DNA of 64,000 nucleotides. Source: Dehalococcoidia bacterium. GTDB lineage: Bacteria > Chloroflexota > Dehalococcoidia > GIF9 > UBA5629. The notes under the pieces are model-generated. The model had not been told where the DNA came from. It was given only the letters and a program-made list of their open reading frames with translations, and did not search any database. Shown in pieces: positions 25,119 to 33,967 of this stretch (within the stretch, counting starts at the first letter, position 1; each line of letters starts with the position of its first letter). The stretch lies in NCBI GenBank assembly GCA_034435835.1, contig DAOTWF010000030.1, positions 69,069-133,068 of the forward strand. Reading direction: 5' to 3'. The translations under genes were made by a program, and so were the position numbers.

Positions 25119-27173
25119 ATGAAGATCCTCATCGTCGACGACAACAGAGACAACATCTACTTACTGGAGACCATGCTCAAAGCAGAAGGCTATAAAGTGG
25201 TGCCCACCAGCAACGGCGCCGAGGCTCTGGAAAAGCTACGTGCCGAGAGTTTCGACATGGTCATCGCCGACATCCTCATGCCGGTCATGGACGGCTTCCA
25301 GCTCTGCCGCGAGTGCAAGACCGATGAAAAACTGAAGCATATCCCCTTTGTCTTCTACACCGCTACCTATGTGAACGAGAAAGACGAAGAACTTGCCCTG
25401 GCGCTGGGTGCCGATAAGTTCATCAGAAAGCCAATCGAACCGGACGAGTTTATGAGCATCATCCGGGAGTTCGTCAAGCACATCGAAACAGCAAGACCGG
25501 TACCTAGAGAGCCGGCGGTTGAGGAAGAAGCGGAGGTGCTGAAGCTGTACTCCGAACGCCTGGTACATAAGCTCGAGAAGAAGATGCTTGACCTGGAAAA
25601 AGAGGTTGAGCAGCGCCAGAGGCTGGAGGAAGAGTTGCGCCGTGCCGAAGAAAAATACCGGCTCATCACCGAAAACACCAGGGACATAATCGTCACCACA
25701 GACATGGACCTCAACATCACCTATGTCAGCCCCTCTGTCCAGTACCTCGGGACGCGCACGCCGGGAGAAATCGTCGCCACACCGCTGGAAACCCTCGTGG
25801 CACCGGCCTCCTTCGAAACGATAAGGAGGACCTTAGCCGAGGAGCTACCTCTAGCAGAGAGCCCCACCAGAGACCCGGCGCGGTCCAGGGTGCTCGAGGT
25901 GGAAATCGTCCGCGAGGACGGCACCGCGGTACCGGTGGAGGCACGGGTAAACTTTCTCCGCGATGCTGGGGGAAAACCAACGGGGCTCATAGCTGTGTTA
26001 CGCGATATCACCGAGCGCAAGAAGGCTGAGGAGAAAAGGAAACTGCTGGAGCTCCAAGCCCAAGCCGCCAGCCGCCTGGCATCCATCGGCGAGATGGCTG
26101 CCGGCATTGCCCATGAGATAAATAACCCCCTCACCGGCGTGGTCGGCTACGCACAGTTGCTGCTGAGCCGCCCAGATGTACCGCCCGATATAAAGGCAGA
26201 CCTCACCGTCATCAACGACTGCGCCCAGAGGGTCGCTGACATCGTGAGGAGACTGCTCACCTTTGCCCGCCAGACCAAGCCGGAGCGAAAGCTGGTGGAT
26301 GTTAACATGCTGGTGCAAAGCACACTGACCCTGCGGGCTTACAGCCTGAAGATGAACAACATCGCAGTCACCACCCACCTCGACCCCCGCCTGCCCGCCA
26401 CGGTAGCTGACCCGGGCCAGATACAGCAGGTGCTGTTCAACCTGATCGCCAACGCTGAGACAGAGATGAGGCTAGCCCACGGTAAGGGCAACCTCACCAT
26501 CACCACCGAGAGGGTGGACAACACCATCAGGATTGCGGTCAAGGACGACGGTCCAGGGATAAAGCCTGAGATTATGGACCGGATTTTTGACCCCTTTTTC
26601 ACCACCAGAGAGGCAGGGCAGGGCACGGGCTTGGGGCTCAGTATTTGCTATGGGATAGTAACCGAACATAACGGCAGGATTTATGCTGAAAGCAAGCCCG
26701 GCGAAGGCGCCACCTTTATAGTGGAGCTGCCAGTAGTCACACCACCAGAACCTGCCCAGAAGGTCGCCGAAAAACCATCCAAAAGTGCGAAAGCCACCAT
26801 ACTGGTGGTGGACGATGAGCAGGTGATCAGGGACCTGACGGTCCACGCCCTTACCGAACAGGGACACAGGGTGGATACCACGCATAGTGCCAGCGAAGCG
26901 CTGAAAAAAATCAAGCGGCGAAAGTACGATTTGCTGCTCATAGACATCAAACTTCCAGATAGGAGCGGTATGGAACTTTACAGACAGGTCAAGGAGATGG
27001 ACAGCTCGCTGGCTCAAAAGGTGCTGTTTATCACCGGCGACATCATGAGTCCCGACACCAGGAGGTTCCTTGCCGAGACCGGAGCAGCGTATATAGAAAA
27101 GCCGTTCGATGTCGAGCAGCTAAGCCGCGAGGTACAACGCGCCCTGACCACAAACAAAAGGCTGAAAGCTTAA
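25119..27173 (+). CDS. Hybrid REC-PAS-HisKA-HATPase-REC sensor kinase/response regulator
   Basis: 684 aa with a GGAGGA RBS. N-terminal REC (ILIVDDNRDNIYLL...MVIADILMPVMDGF), PAS-like region (ITENTRDIIVTTDMDLNITYVSPS), HisKA (IAHEINNPLTGVVGYAQLL), HATPase (GTGLGLSICYGIV), and C-terminal REC (ILVVDDEQVIRD...LLLIDIKLPDRSGMEL). Confidence 0.85.
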   Translation: MKILIVDDNRDNIYLLETMLKAEGYKVVPTSNGAEALEKLRAESFDMVIADILMPVMDGFQLCRECKTDEKLKHIPFVFYTATYVNEKDEELALALGADKFIRKPIEPDEFMSIIREFVKHIETARPVPREPAVEEEAEVLKLYSERLVHKLEKKMLDLEKEVEQRQRLEEELRRAEEKYRLITENTRDIIVTTDMDLNITYVSPSVQYLGTRTPGEIVATPLETLVAPASFETIRRTLAEELPLAESPTRDPARSRVLEVEIVREDGTAVPVEARVNFLRDAGGKPTGLIAVLRDITERKKAEEKRKLLELQAQAASRLASIGEMAAGIAHEINNPLTGVVGYAQLLLSRPDVPPDIKADLTVINDCAQRVADIVRRLLTFARQTKPERKLVDVNMLVQSTLTLRAYSLKMNNIAVTTHLDPRLPATVADPGQIQQVLFNLIANAETEMRLAHGKGNLTITTERVDNTIRIAVKDDGPGIKPEIMDRIFDPFFTTREAGQGTGLGLSICYGIVTEHNGRIYAESKPGEGATFIVELPVVTPPEPAQKVAEKPSKSAKATILVVDDEQVIRDLTVHALTEQGHRVDTTHSASEALKKIKRRKYDLLLIDIKLPDRSGMELYRQVKEMDSSLAQKVLFITGDIMSPDTRRFLAETGAAYIEKPFDVEQLSREVQRALTTNKRLKA

Positions 27174-27179
27174 CCAGCC
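27151..27179 (-). terminator. Weak intrinsic-terminator-like hairpin at the end of the small membrane ORF
   Basis: The minus strand reads GGCUG-guuaagcuuu-CAGCC followed by UUUUGUUUG. The stem is 5 bp and the U-rich tail occurs only on the minus strand. Confidence 0.3.
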
Positions 27180-27325
27180 GCACAAAGAATGATGTATACG
27201 TTCGCCGCCAGCAGCGCCATGCCGATGAAAATAAACAGGGCTACCAGAAAGTATGGGGTCGCCTCAGCCATGGCAAGCCCTAAAAAGAAACCGACGAAAA
27301 AAGCCAAAACCTTCACCCGAGACAC
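27170..27325 (-). CDS. Putative small (51-aa) two-TM membrane protein, not in the ORF track
   Basis: The minus strand reads GTG(27323..27325)-SRVKVLAFFVGFFLGLAMAEATPYFLVALFIFIGMALLAANVYIILCAAG-TAA, with a GAGGGG RBS 6 nt upstream. It has its own candidate promoter and a terminator-like hairpin. No homology was recognised. Confidence 0.35.
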   Translation of the reverse strand: MSRVKVLAFFVGFFLGLAMAEATPYFLVALFIFIGMALLAANVYIILCAAG

Positions 27326-27430
27326 GGGTCACCCCTCTACTAACACTATCCACAACCGGACCAGCCTACTAGCAGCCCGGTGTGCCGCCAGCCCCGGAGG
27401 ACGAGCCTTGCCATACTCACTTCTGAATCT

Positions 27431-27459
27431 ATCTTATGCCATCGCCGCTTCGATGTCAA
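27431..27459 (-). promoter_or_regulatory. Candidate promoter (TTGACA-N17-TAAGAT) driving the minus-strand small-ORF transcript
   Basis: The minus strand reads TTGACAtcgaagcggcgatggcaTAAGAT, about 100 nt upstream of the small ORF start. Motif match only. Confidence 0.4.
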
Positions 27460-27495
27460 CGATGCTAAAACCGTCATAAAAAGCTCTTAGACCCA

Positions 27496-27524
27496 TTGCC
27501 TGCGGTACGAAGCTATCATATAAT
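27496..27524 (+). promoter_or_regulatory. Candidate promoter (TTGCCT-N17-TATAAT) for the amidohydrolase gene
   Basis: TTGCCTgcggtacgaagctatcaTATAAT lies about 30 nt upstream of the AGGAGGGAGAA-ATG at 27556. Confidence 0.45.
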
Positions 27525-27555
27525 GGTGGTACATTCATCGGCACAGGAGGGAGAA

Positions 27556-29118
27556 ATGAAGGGTGAAGGCAAAACCAATTTCGTCAGCAACTATGAACCG
27601 GGTGAAGACGCCCTCGTGGAGCTGAAAAACGGCAGGTTCATCGACGTCATCAACGGCCGTTGTTTCCCGCCGGAGACCAGCGTGATCATCCAGGGCAACA
27701 AAATCAAAGCTATGCCAGGGCTACCGGGCGAGCCCACCGATATCAGACCGGACTTCACCATAGACCTTCAAGACAGGGCGGTCTTTCCGGGCATCTTCAA
27801 CACGCACTGTCACGGCTCCTACACCATGACCACGGTGAGCCCGTCCATGAAGGACAACAGGCTGAGCAACAAGTTCCGCAGCCAGCAGATCGCCAAGAAC
27901 ATGGAGGAATGTCTGGCACACGGCATCACCCACATCCGCGACTGCAAGATCGACGACCTGCGTATACTACGAGAGTGGAAGGAGAGGATTTCCCGGGGCG
28001 AGGCAAACGGTCCCCGCATCTATCAGGCAATTGTAGTCACTCAGCCAAAAGGCTACTTTTCACCGCCACAAACACTTAGCTGGAGGCTCTTTTCCATGGC
28101 GCTGGGCATACCAATTATCGAGTACGAAAAGAAAGAAAGCGGCATAGTAGTATTCCCCCCTGATGCCAGCGCCCAGCAGGTCAGGGATGCGGTCAAGCGC
28201 GCCATTGAGGAAAGGGGCGCGGAATATATCAAGATCGGAGAGCAGCGCGAAGACCTGGTGTACTTTAAGCCCATAAATACCATAATGACCATGGAACAGC
28301 TTGAGGCGCTGGTAGATGAGACAAACCGCAGGGGGCTGAAGAGCACCATGCACCACATGAGCGTGGAATCGTTCCGCCGCGGTGTCAAGGCTGGCGTGTC
28401 GTCGCTGGCACATGTGGCTATGGACGCTGAGCTCACCGAGGAGGATATCAAAGCCTTTATTGCCGCAAAATGTATTATCGAACCCACGCTGTCAGTGGCT
28501 TACGACGTGGTCTGGCCCGTGAAGGGCCACCCTTCGGAAAACCATCCCGAGGTGCTCAAAATCAAACAGTTCCGTGACAGCACAATAGCCAGCCTGGCTG
28601 AGGAATTCTACATACCGGAGTTAAGGGACAGCGTGCTAGGCAGTCATCAACGCCTCTCGCAGGGCATCATGAAGACGCTGGGAATCAGGGACAACACACA
28701 CCTGTTCCGTTATTATGCCCCGGCTGGCATCCACGGCATGCGCAACTTCAAGACGCTTTTTGATGCCGGCGCCAGGATGGCATGCGGTAATGACGGTGGT
28801 ATACCCCCGTGCACACCTGCATCTCTGAAGTACGAAATTGGCATGTTTGACCTGGTGCTGAACAGCGGCGGGAAGGCTGGGCGGTTCACCGGCGCTGATG
28901 CCTTGCGTCTCTGCACCATAAACAGCGCCGAAACGATGGGGCTGGAAGACAAATTTGGCTCCATTCAAACGGGCAAGGTGGCTGACCTAGCTATCGTCGA
29001 CGGCGACCCACTTGCCGACTTGCATTTAGTAGGCAGCCGCGTTGCCGCCCTGTTCTACGACGGAAAGCTTAAGATAAACAACTGTGGTCTCAGGGTAGAA
29101 AGGACCAGGACACCGTAG
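27556..29118 (+). CDS. Metal-dependent amidohydrolase-superfamily protein
   Basis: I prefer the ATG at 27556 (MKGEGKTNF, strong AGGAGG RBS) over the track start at 27496. FPGIFNTHCHGS supplies the HxH metal ligands. The C-terminus (GNDGG..., GSIQTGKVADLAIVDGDPLAD) is typical of amidohydrolases. Confidence 0.75.
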   Translation: MKGEGKTNFVSNYEPGEDALVELKNGRFIDVINGRCFPPETSVIIQGNKIKAMPGLPGEPTDIRPDFTIDLQDRAVFPGIFNTHCHGSYTMTTVSPSMKDNRLSNKFRSQQIAKNMEECLAHGITHIRDCKIDDLRILREWKERISRGEANGPRIYQAIVVTQPKGYFSPPQTLSWRLFSMALGIPIIEYEKKESGIVVFPPDASAQQVRDAVKRAIEERGAEYIKIGEQREDLVYFKPINTIMTMEQLEALVDETNRRGLKSTMHHMSVESFRRGVKAGVSSLAHVAMDAELTEEDIKAFIAAKCIIEPTLSVAYDVVWPVKGHPSENHPEVLKIKQFRDSTIASLAEEFYIPELRDSVLGSHQRLSQGIMKTLGIRDNTHLFRYYAPAGIHGMRNFKTLFDAGARMACGNDGGIPPCTPASLKYEIGMFDLVLNSGGKAGRFTGADALRLCTINSAETMGLEDKFGSIQTGKVADLAIVDGDPLADLHLVGSRVAALFYDGKLKINNCGLRVERTRTP

Positions 29119-29145
29119 CTATACCTTGCCACCGCCTGAGTGATG

Positions 29146-29385
29146 CTAGCGCAGGAACATATCCTCTGCGCCAGCATCGAAATCCCACCCGCAGACAGGG
29201 CAACGGAACACCACCCTGATTATCGCCACCCCGGACTTATCAACCCTGTGGACCGGCGATTCATGCCCGGATTTCGGACAGCGCGCGTACAGGTAATGGT
29301 ATAAACCTGTCGCCGGGTCACGCACAGACAGTTGACCCCGGCAAAGCATGTCCTTTATCCGCTGCAACTCAGTCTGTGTGCTCAT
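29146..29385 (-). CDS. Small hypothetical protein with a zinc-ribbon-like Cys/His pattern
   Basis: 79 aa with CPKSGH...CPVCGW. No family was recognised. Coding status rests on ORF length and the Cys pattern only. Confidence 0.4.
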   Translation of the reverse strand: MSTQTELQRIKDMLCRGQLSVRDPATGLYHYLYARCPKSGHESPVHRVDKSGVAIIRVVFRCPVCGWDFDAGAEDMFLR

Positions 29386-29536
29386 TCACCACCTCCTGCA
29401 ACTCCTTCATATCGCCATCAAAAAGTGAAGCTCCGGCACAGACTTCTCTCCGGTAAGACTATCATATCATATCACCTGCCGCCGTCAAGAAGGTGGTTAT
29501 TATCGGGTATAGATTGTATAATTTTTAAAGCGGGCT

Positions 29537-29623
29537 GGAGAGGTGTCCGAGTGGTTTATGGAGCCGCTCTCGAAAAGCGGTAGGTGATGAGCCTCGTGGG
29601 TTCGAATCCCACCCTCTCCGCCA
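29537..29623 (+). tRNA. tRNA-Ser (anticodon CGA), class II with a long variable arm and encoded CCA
   Basis: Manual fold. Acceptor GGAGAGG/CCTCTCC. D stem TCC/GGA. Anticodon stem CCGCT/AGCGG with loop CT-CGA-AA. Variable arm AGGT-GATGA-GCCT. T arm GTGGG-TTCGAAT-CCCAC. Discriminator G, then CCA. Confidence 0.9.
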
Positions 29624-29630
29624 GCTTCAT

Positions 29631-29721
<91 letters not shown>

Positions 29722-29739
29722 CTATCAGTCACTGGTGGC

Positions 29740-31137
29740 TTAGACCGAGTATAAAGTGTCCAGATAACCGTCCAGCAGTTCAGCCACCACCTTCCTGTCA
29801 GGAACTGTGGCAGCCATACCATATATGGGCGCCATGCCGCCTTCCTGCTGGGGGTTGCTCTTCACATGCTCAACGGCCGCTCTCAGGTCTTCCATAAAGC
29901 GCCCCATTACGCCCTTCTGGGCATGCCTGAGAGTGACACATATGTGCACGCTGGGTGGCTTCTGTAAGGGGTTGAGACTCCAGCCCCTGCCGCTCATAAA
30001 GTCCATGACCCGGTAGATGTCCACTGTGTCCGAAGCAAAAGCTATGTTCCACAGAGGCTTACCCAGGATATACAGTTCGGGTATACTGGCGATCCCTGCC
30101 TTTATCTCCTCCGCCGCCAGCAGAATTTTCCTGGCAGCCTCGAGGTAACCGCTCTCGCCCATGCTCACCATCGCCGCCCAGCAGGACGCTATCAAGCCAC
30201 CGGGACGGCTACCAGCGATGGTCGGCGAAACATATAAGCCACCGGACCAGTCAGTAACCTTAAAATACTGATAGCGCCGTAGCTCCCGTCCGCGATAGAG
30301 GATGACCGATGTCCCCTTCGGGGCATAGCCATATTTGTGGGTATCCACGGAAATGGAGGTGACCCCGCGCAGCCTGAAGTCAAAAGGCGGCACCTCATAG
30401 CCGAGCCTCTCCGCCCAGGGAAGCAAAAAGCCGCCGAGACAGGCATCAACATGAAAGCCGCTGCCTTTCTCCCTCGCCAGCTCGGACAGCTCCTCTATGG
30501 GGTCGATGACTCCGTGGGGGAAAGAGGGCGCAGAGCCGACTATCACTATGGTGTTTTTGGTGACCGCCTCTCTCATCGCCGCCACATCCGCCCTGAAATC
30601 TGGACCTACGGGGACACGCACGATAGAGATATTGAAGTACTGGGCAGCCTTGTCAAAAGCGGCGTGAGCGCTGGAAGGTACCACCATCTCCGGTGCCATA
30701 ATACCCTTTCTTGCTCTTGCCCAATCGCGGTAGGTCTTCATAGCAAGCAAGATGCTCTCGGTGCCCCCGGAGGTGACCGTGCCGCATATCTCCACGGCAT
30801 CTCCGCCGTCTCCGACAGCGCCTGCGCCCAGCATATTTGCCGTCATGGAGACTATCTCCGCCTCGTACTTCACCGTGCTGGGCCAGAGGTCGGCATGGAG
30901 GGGATTGCTCTGTGAGTTTATGGCATAAGCCCGGCAGAGAAAATCTATGTACTCCTCGTCGCCGTGATATACCGCCCCCGAGGCAAACCCCCTCTGCCAC
31001 CTCGCCCTCTCCAGAGAGGCCAGCTCTTCCATCTCCTTCAATATTTCTGTCCTGCTGCGTCCCACCTCGGGTAGACGGGTATAAGTCGGTACCGTACCCT
31101 TATACGGTTTTAGCCTGCTCTCCAGCTCCTCTACCAT
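29740..31137 (-). CDS. PLP-dependent sphingosine-1-phosphate-lyase-like enzyme (group II decarboxylase/SPL family), soluble form
   Basis: 465 aa. [21 protein letters not shown] (PLP-Lys box), [21 protein letters not shown] and [22 protein letters not shown] are near-identical in pattern to eukaryotic SGPL1 as I recall it. There is no N-terminal TM segment. Confidence 0.75.
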   Translation of the reverse strand: MVEELESRLKPYKGTVPTYTRLPEVGRSRTEILKEMEELASLERARWQRGFASGAVYHGDEEYIDFLCRAYAINSQSNPLHADLWPSTVKYEAEIVSMTANMLGAGAVGDGGDAVEICGTVTSGGTESILLAMKTYRDWARARKGIMAPEMVVPSSAHAAFDKAAQYFNISIVRVPVGPDFRADVAAMREAVTKNTIVIVGSAPSFPHGVIDPIEELSELAREKGSGFHVDACLGGFLLPWAERLGYEVPPFDFRLRGVTSISVDTHKYGYAPKGTSVILYRGRELRRYQYFKVTDWSGGLYVSPTIAGSRPGGLIASCWAAMVSMGESGYLEAARKILLAAEEIKAGIASIPELYILGKPLWNIAFASDTVDIYRVMDFMSGRGWSLNPLQKPPSVHICVTLRHAQKGVMGRFMEDLRAAVEHVKSNPQQEGGMAPIYGMAATVPDRKVVAELLDGYLDTLYSV

Positions 31138-31159
31138 GTCGTCATCTCCTCCTTTGCCA

Positions 31160-32698
31160 TCAGATAGACTTATTGAACCTATCCCTGTTCAGCCTTCTGT
31201 AGAAGCCACGCAGATTGTGGTACACTTGCTGATAAGCCCGAAAAAGGGTATTGTAAACCTCCCGGTTTTCCGTCTGCGGCTGAAAGACGCTGTCCACCCT
31301 GACCACCTTCTTGAGCGATGCAAAATCAGGGTAGATGCCCAGTCCCACCCCAGCCACCAGCGCCGCCCCCACCGCACCGGCCTCCTGAGCGTTAGACACT
31401 GCCTCAACCCTGCGCCCGGTAACATCTGCCAGGATCTGCATCCACGGTCTGCTTCGGGCACCCCCACCGATCACCCGCAGTACTGGCAAAGGGAATTTGA
31501 ACTTTTTCTCCACAATCTCCACCAGCCACCTTATGTTATAAGCCACACCCTCATAGACAGCACGCAACATATCCCTGCGTGTGTGTTCACCACTCAGGTT
31601 GAAGAAAGCAGCCCGCACATAACAGTCGTCCACAGGCGCCCGCTCACCATAAATCCACGGAGTGAACAACAGGCAATTCGAACCCGGCGGCACCTCTGCT
31701 ACCTTTCTGTCCATAAAAGCGTAGACTTCAGGCACACCCAGCTCCGTCTTTTCTTTCTTGTAGACCTCCTCAGCCAGCCACTGGAGACAGGCGCCGGCAG
31801 CCTCAGTCTCAGCGATGAGAAACGCCTTGTTAGGGTCAGCAGACTGGATTGTCGCCACACCACACTTCCCCGTGGGGGTGCGTTCTGTGGTCACCCCTAC
31901 CCACCCCGAAGTGCCCAGGCAGACGTGTCCGTCCCCTTCCCCAACAGCACCCGAACCGATAAGGGCGCAGGGGGCGTCCCCTGCACCGGCGATGACCGGC
32001 GTGCCCTCCAGCAGACCATATTCGCTGGCTGCCGCCGCGGTGAGAACACCCACTTTATCAACAGAACGCACCAGCGGCGGAAACTTCGCCGGGTCAAGCC
32101 CGATATACTTGAACAGACTGCTCAGCCAGACCTTTTTCCTCAAATCTATGCCGAAAACAGAGGCACCGCTCCATTCCATGGCTATATTGCCCGTGCTGCG
32201 GTAGAAAAGGTACCCGGCGACGTCGACGAAACGCGACATAGCATTATACACCTGGGGTTCCTTCTCCTTGAGCCAGAGCAACTTCGGCAGCCCGTCCTTG
32301 CCGCTCAGTGCGGCACCGGCGATCATGGCAAACAGCCCGGCACCACCAAACTTTTTCATTATCTTCTCCGCCTGCTCGCCGGCGCGGTTGTCCATCCAGA
32401 TGATGGCACGGCGCAGCACCTTCCCGCTAGCATCCAGGGGGACGATGTTGATCATCTGGGTGCTGAAGGTGATACAGAGAACATCCCGCGGCGAAACACC
32501 GGTAGTCTCCAGGAGCGCTCTGGTACCCCGTGTCACCGCCCTCCACCAGTCTTCAGGCTCCTGCTCCGCCCAGCCAGGCTTGGGGTAAAAAGCACGGTAA
32601 GGTTCAACTACCCTGCCGCAGACACGCCCGTCAACATCCACCAACACAGCCTTGTCACCGCTGGTGCCCACATCATGGGCAACTATATACTGGCTCAT
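31160..32698 (-). CDS. FGGY-family carbohydrate kinase (xylulokinase/glycerol-kinase-like)
   Basis: I prefer the start at [21 protein letters not shown] (32698), which gives the usual FGGY N-terminus (DxGTS). [15 protein letters not shown] and [18 protein letters not shown] are FGGY signatures. The stop lies 22 nt before the SPL-like start. Confidence 0.8.
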   Translation of the reverse strand: MSQYIVAHDVGTSGDKAVLVDVDGRVCGRVVEPYRAFYPKPGWAEQEPEDWWRAVTRGTRALLETTGVSPRDVLCITFSTQMINIVPLDASGKVLRRAIIWMDNRAGEQAEKIMKKFGGAGLFAMIAGAALSGKDGLPKLLWLKEKEPQVYNAMSRFVDVAGYLFYRSTGNIAMEWSGASVFGIDLRKKVWLSSLFKYIGLDPAKFPPLVRSVDKVGVLTAAAASEYGLLEGTPVIAGAGDAPCALIGSGAVGEGDGHVCLGTSGWVGVTTERTPTGKCGVATIQSADPNKAFLIAETEAAGACLQWLAEEVYKKEKTELGVPEVYAFMDRKVAEVPPGSNCLLFTPWIYGERAPVDDCYVRAAFFNLSGEHTRRDMLRAVYEGVAYNIRWLVEIVEKKFKFPLPVLRVIGGGARSRPWMQILADVTGRRVEAVSNAQEAGAVGAALVAGVGLGIYPDFASLKKVVRVDSVFQPQTENREVYNTLFRAYQQVYHNLRGFYRRLNRDRFNKSI

Positions 32699-32821
32699 CC
32701 CCACCCCCAGAACATTATAGCCCAAAAAATCGCCAGCCACACATGGAAAACCTTTACCGGGATCCACAGCACAGGAACTCTTCGGAAAAGTCTTTTGTCC
32801 GCCCTGTCCTCCTATGTTACA

Positions 32822-33967
32822 ATGTCTCAGCTTCCAATGTCGGGCAACGAGGAATTGAAATACTTGGTCAGCTTCTCCAGAATACCGGGCATCGGCCCGG
32901 TTAAGCTTGCCCGTCTGCAGGAATATTTCTCCAGCCTAGAAAATGCCTGGAAGGCGCCGCTAAATGAGCTGGAAAAAGCCGGACTGGACGCAAAGTCAGC
33001 CGAAGCCATCGCTGTTTCGAGGACCAGAATAGACCCCGAAACAGAGATGGACAGGCTACAGCAATACAGGGTAAAGGTCCTGACTTGCGAATCGCCCGAA
33101 TACCCGTGGAGGCTCAAGGAAATCTACGACCCCCCTCCCGTGCTTTATGTGCGTGGCGAACTTCTTCCCGAAGACGAGGTCTGTCTGGCAGTGGTGGGCA
33201 CAAGGAGAGCAACGATATACGGGCGCCATGTGACCGAAGAAATAGTGGCCGACCTAGCACGAAACGGGGTGACCATCGTCAGCGGGCTGGCTCGGGGCAT
33301 TGACTCCATAGCCCACCGCGCCGCTCTGGAGGCTGGTGGGAGGACCATAGCTGTCTTCGGCTGCGGGCTGGACATCGTGTATCCAGCCGAAAACGCCCGG
33401 CTGGCACGCGATATCATGGAACACGGTGCGCTCGTCAGCGAATACCCACTGGGCACCAAGCCCAAAGCGGACAACTTTCCCAGACGCAACCGGATTATGA
33501 GCGGGATGAGCCTGGGGGTTCTGGTGGTGGAGGCGGGTGAGAGCAGCGGTGCCATGATAACCGCCGAGCAGGCACTGGAGCAGGACAGGGAGGTCTTCGC
33601 CGTCCCCGGAAGCATCCTCTCTCCAGCCAGCCGTGGCACCAACCGCCTCATTAAAGAGTGCCGTGCCAAGCTGGTGCAGAACTATATAGACATACTTGAG
33701 GAACTGAACCTGACCATCATCCCCCGCCAGATGGAGATGAAAGAGTTCATCGCTGCAGACGAGACGGAGTCCTGCTTGCTCAAACAATTATCCCACGAAC
33801 CAACCCACATAGACGATATCTGTCGCTCCAGCGGGCTGGGGGCAGCCGTGGTCAGCAGCACGCTGGCGATGATGGAACTGAAAGGCATGGTGAAACAGGT
33901 CAGCAGCATGAGCTATGTGCTGGCGAAGGGATTGAGAGAGACAGGAGATGAAGCTAGTTATCGTTGA
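32822..33967 (+). CDS. dprA: DNA-processing protein DprA (Smf)
   Basis: This is the C-terminal 381 codons of the artefactual 943-aa track ORF. FSRIPGIGPVKLARL, LAVVGTRRATIYG, IVSGLARGIDSIAHRAAL and FPRRNRIMSGMS are DprA signatures. The start could be the ATG at 32822 or at 32837; no clear RBS is visible. Confidence 0.8.
   Translation: MSQLPMSGNEELKYLVSFSRIPGIGPVKLARLQEYFSSLENAWKAPLNELEKAGLDAKSAEAIAVSRTRIDPETEMDRLQQYRVKVLTCESPEYPWRLKEIYDPPPVLYVRGELLPEDEVCLAVVGTRRATIYGRHVTEEIVADLARNGVTIVSGLARGIDSIAHRAALEAGGRTIAVFGCGLDIVYPAENARLARDIMEHGALVSEYPLGTKPKADNFPRRNRIMSGMSLGVLVVEAGESSGAMITAEQALEQDREVFAVPGSILSPASRGTNRLIKECRAKLVQNYIDILEELNLTIIPRQMEMKEFIAADETESCLLKQLSHEPTHIDDICRSSGLGAAVVSSTLAMMELKGMVKQVSSMSYVLAKGLRETGDEASYR

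Noticed and set aside
27189-27479. A 96-aa plus-strand ORF in the intergenic region after the hybrid kinase.
   Set aside because: It has no RBS and no motifs, and its composition is unconvincing. It spans the minus-strand promoter and small-ORF unit, which is better supported by signals.
31136-33967. A 943-aa plus-strand ORF, the longest in the track.
   Set aside because: Its first ~560 codons are antisense to the well-supported FGGY kinase gene (31160..32698). They translate to low-complexity, Pro/Arg/His-rich sequence with no motifs. Only the last 381 codons (from 32822) show DprA signatures. The long open frame is a GC-bias artefact and not a giant gene.
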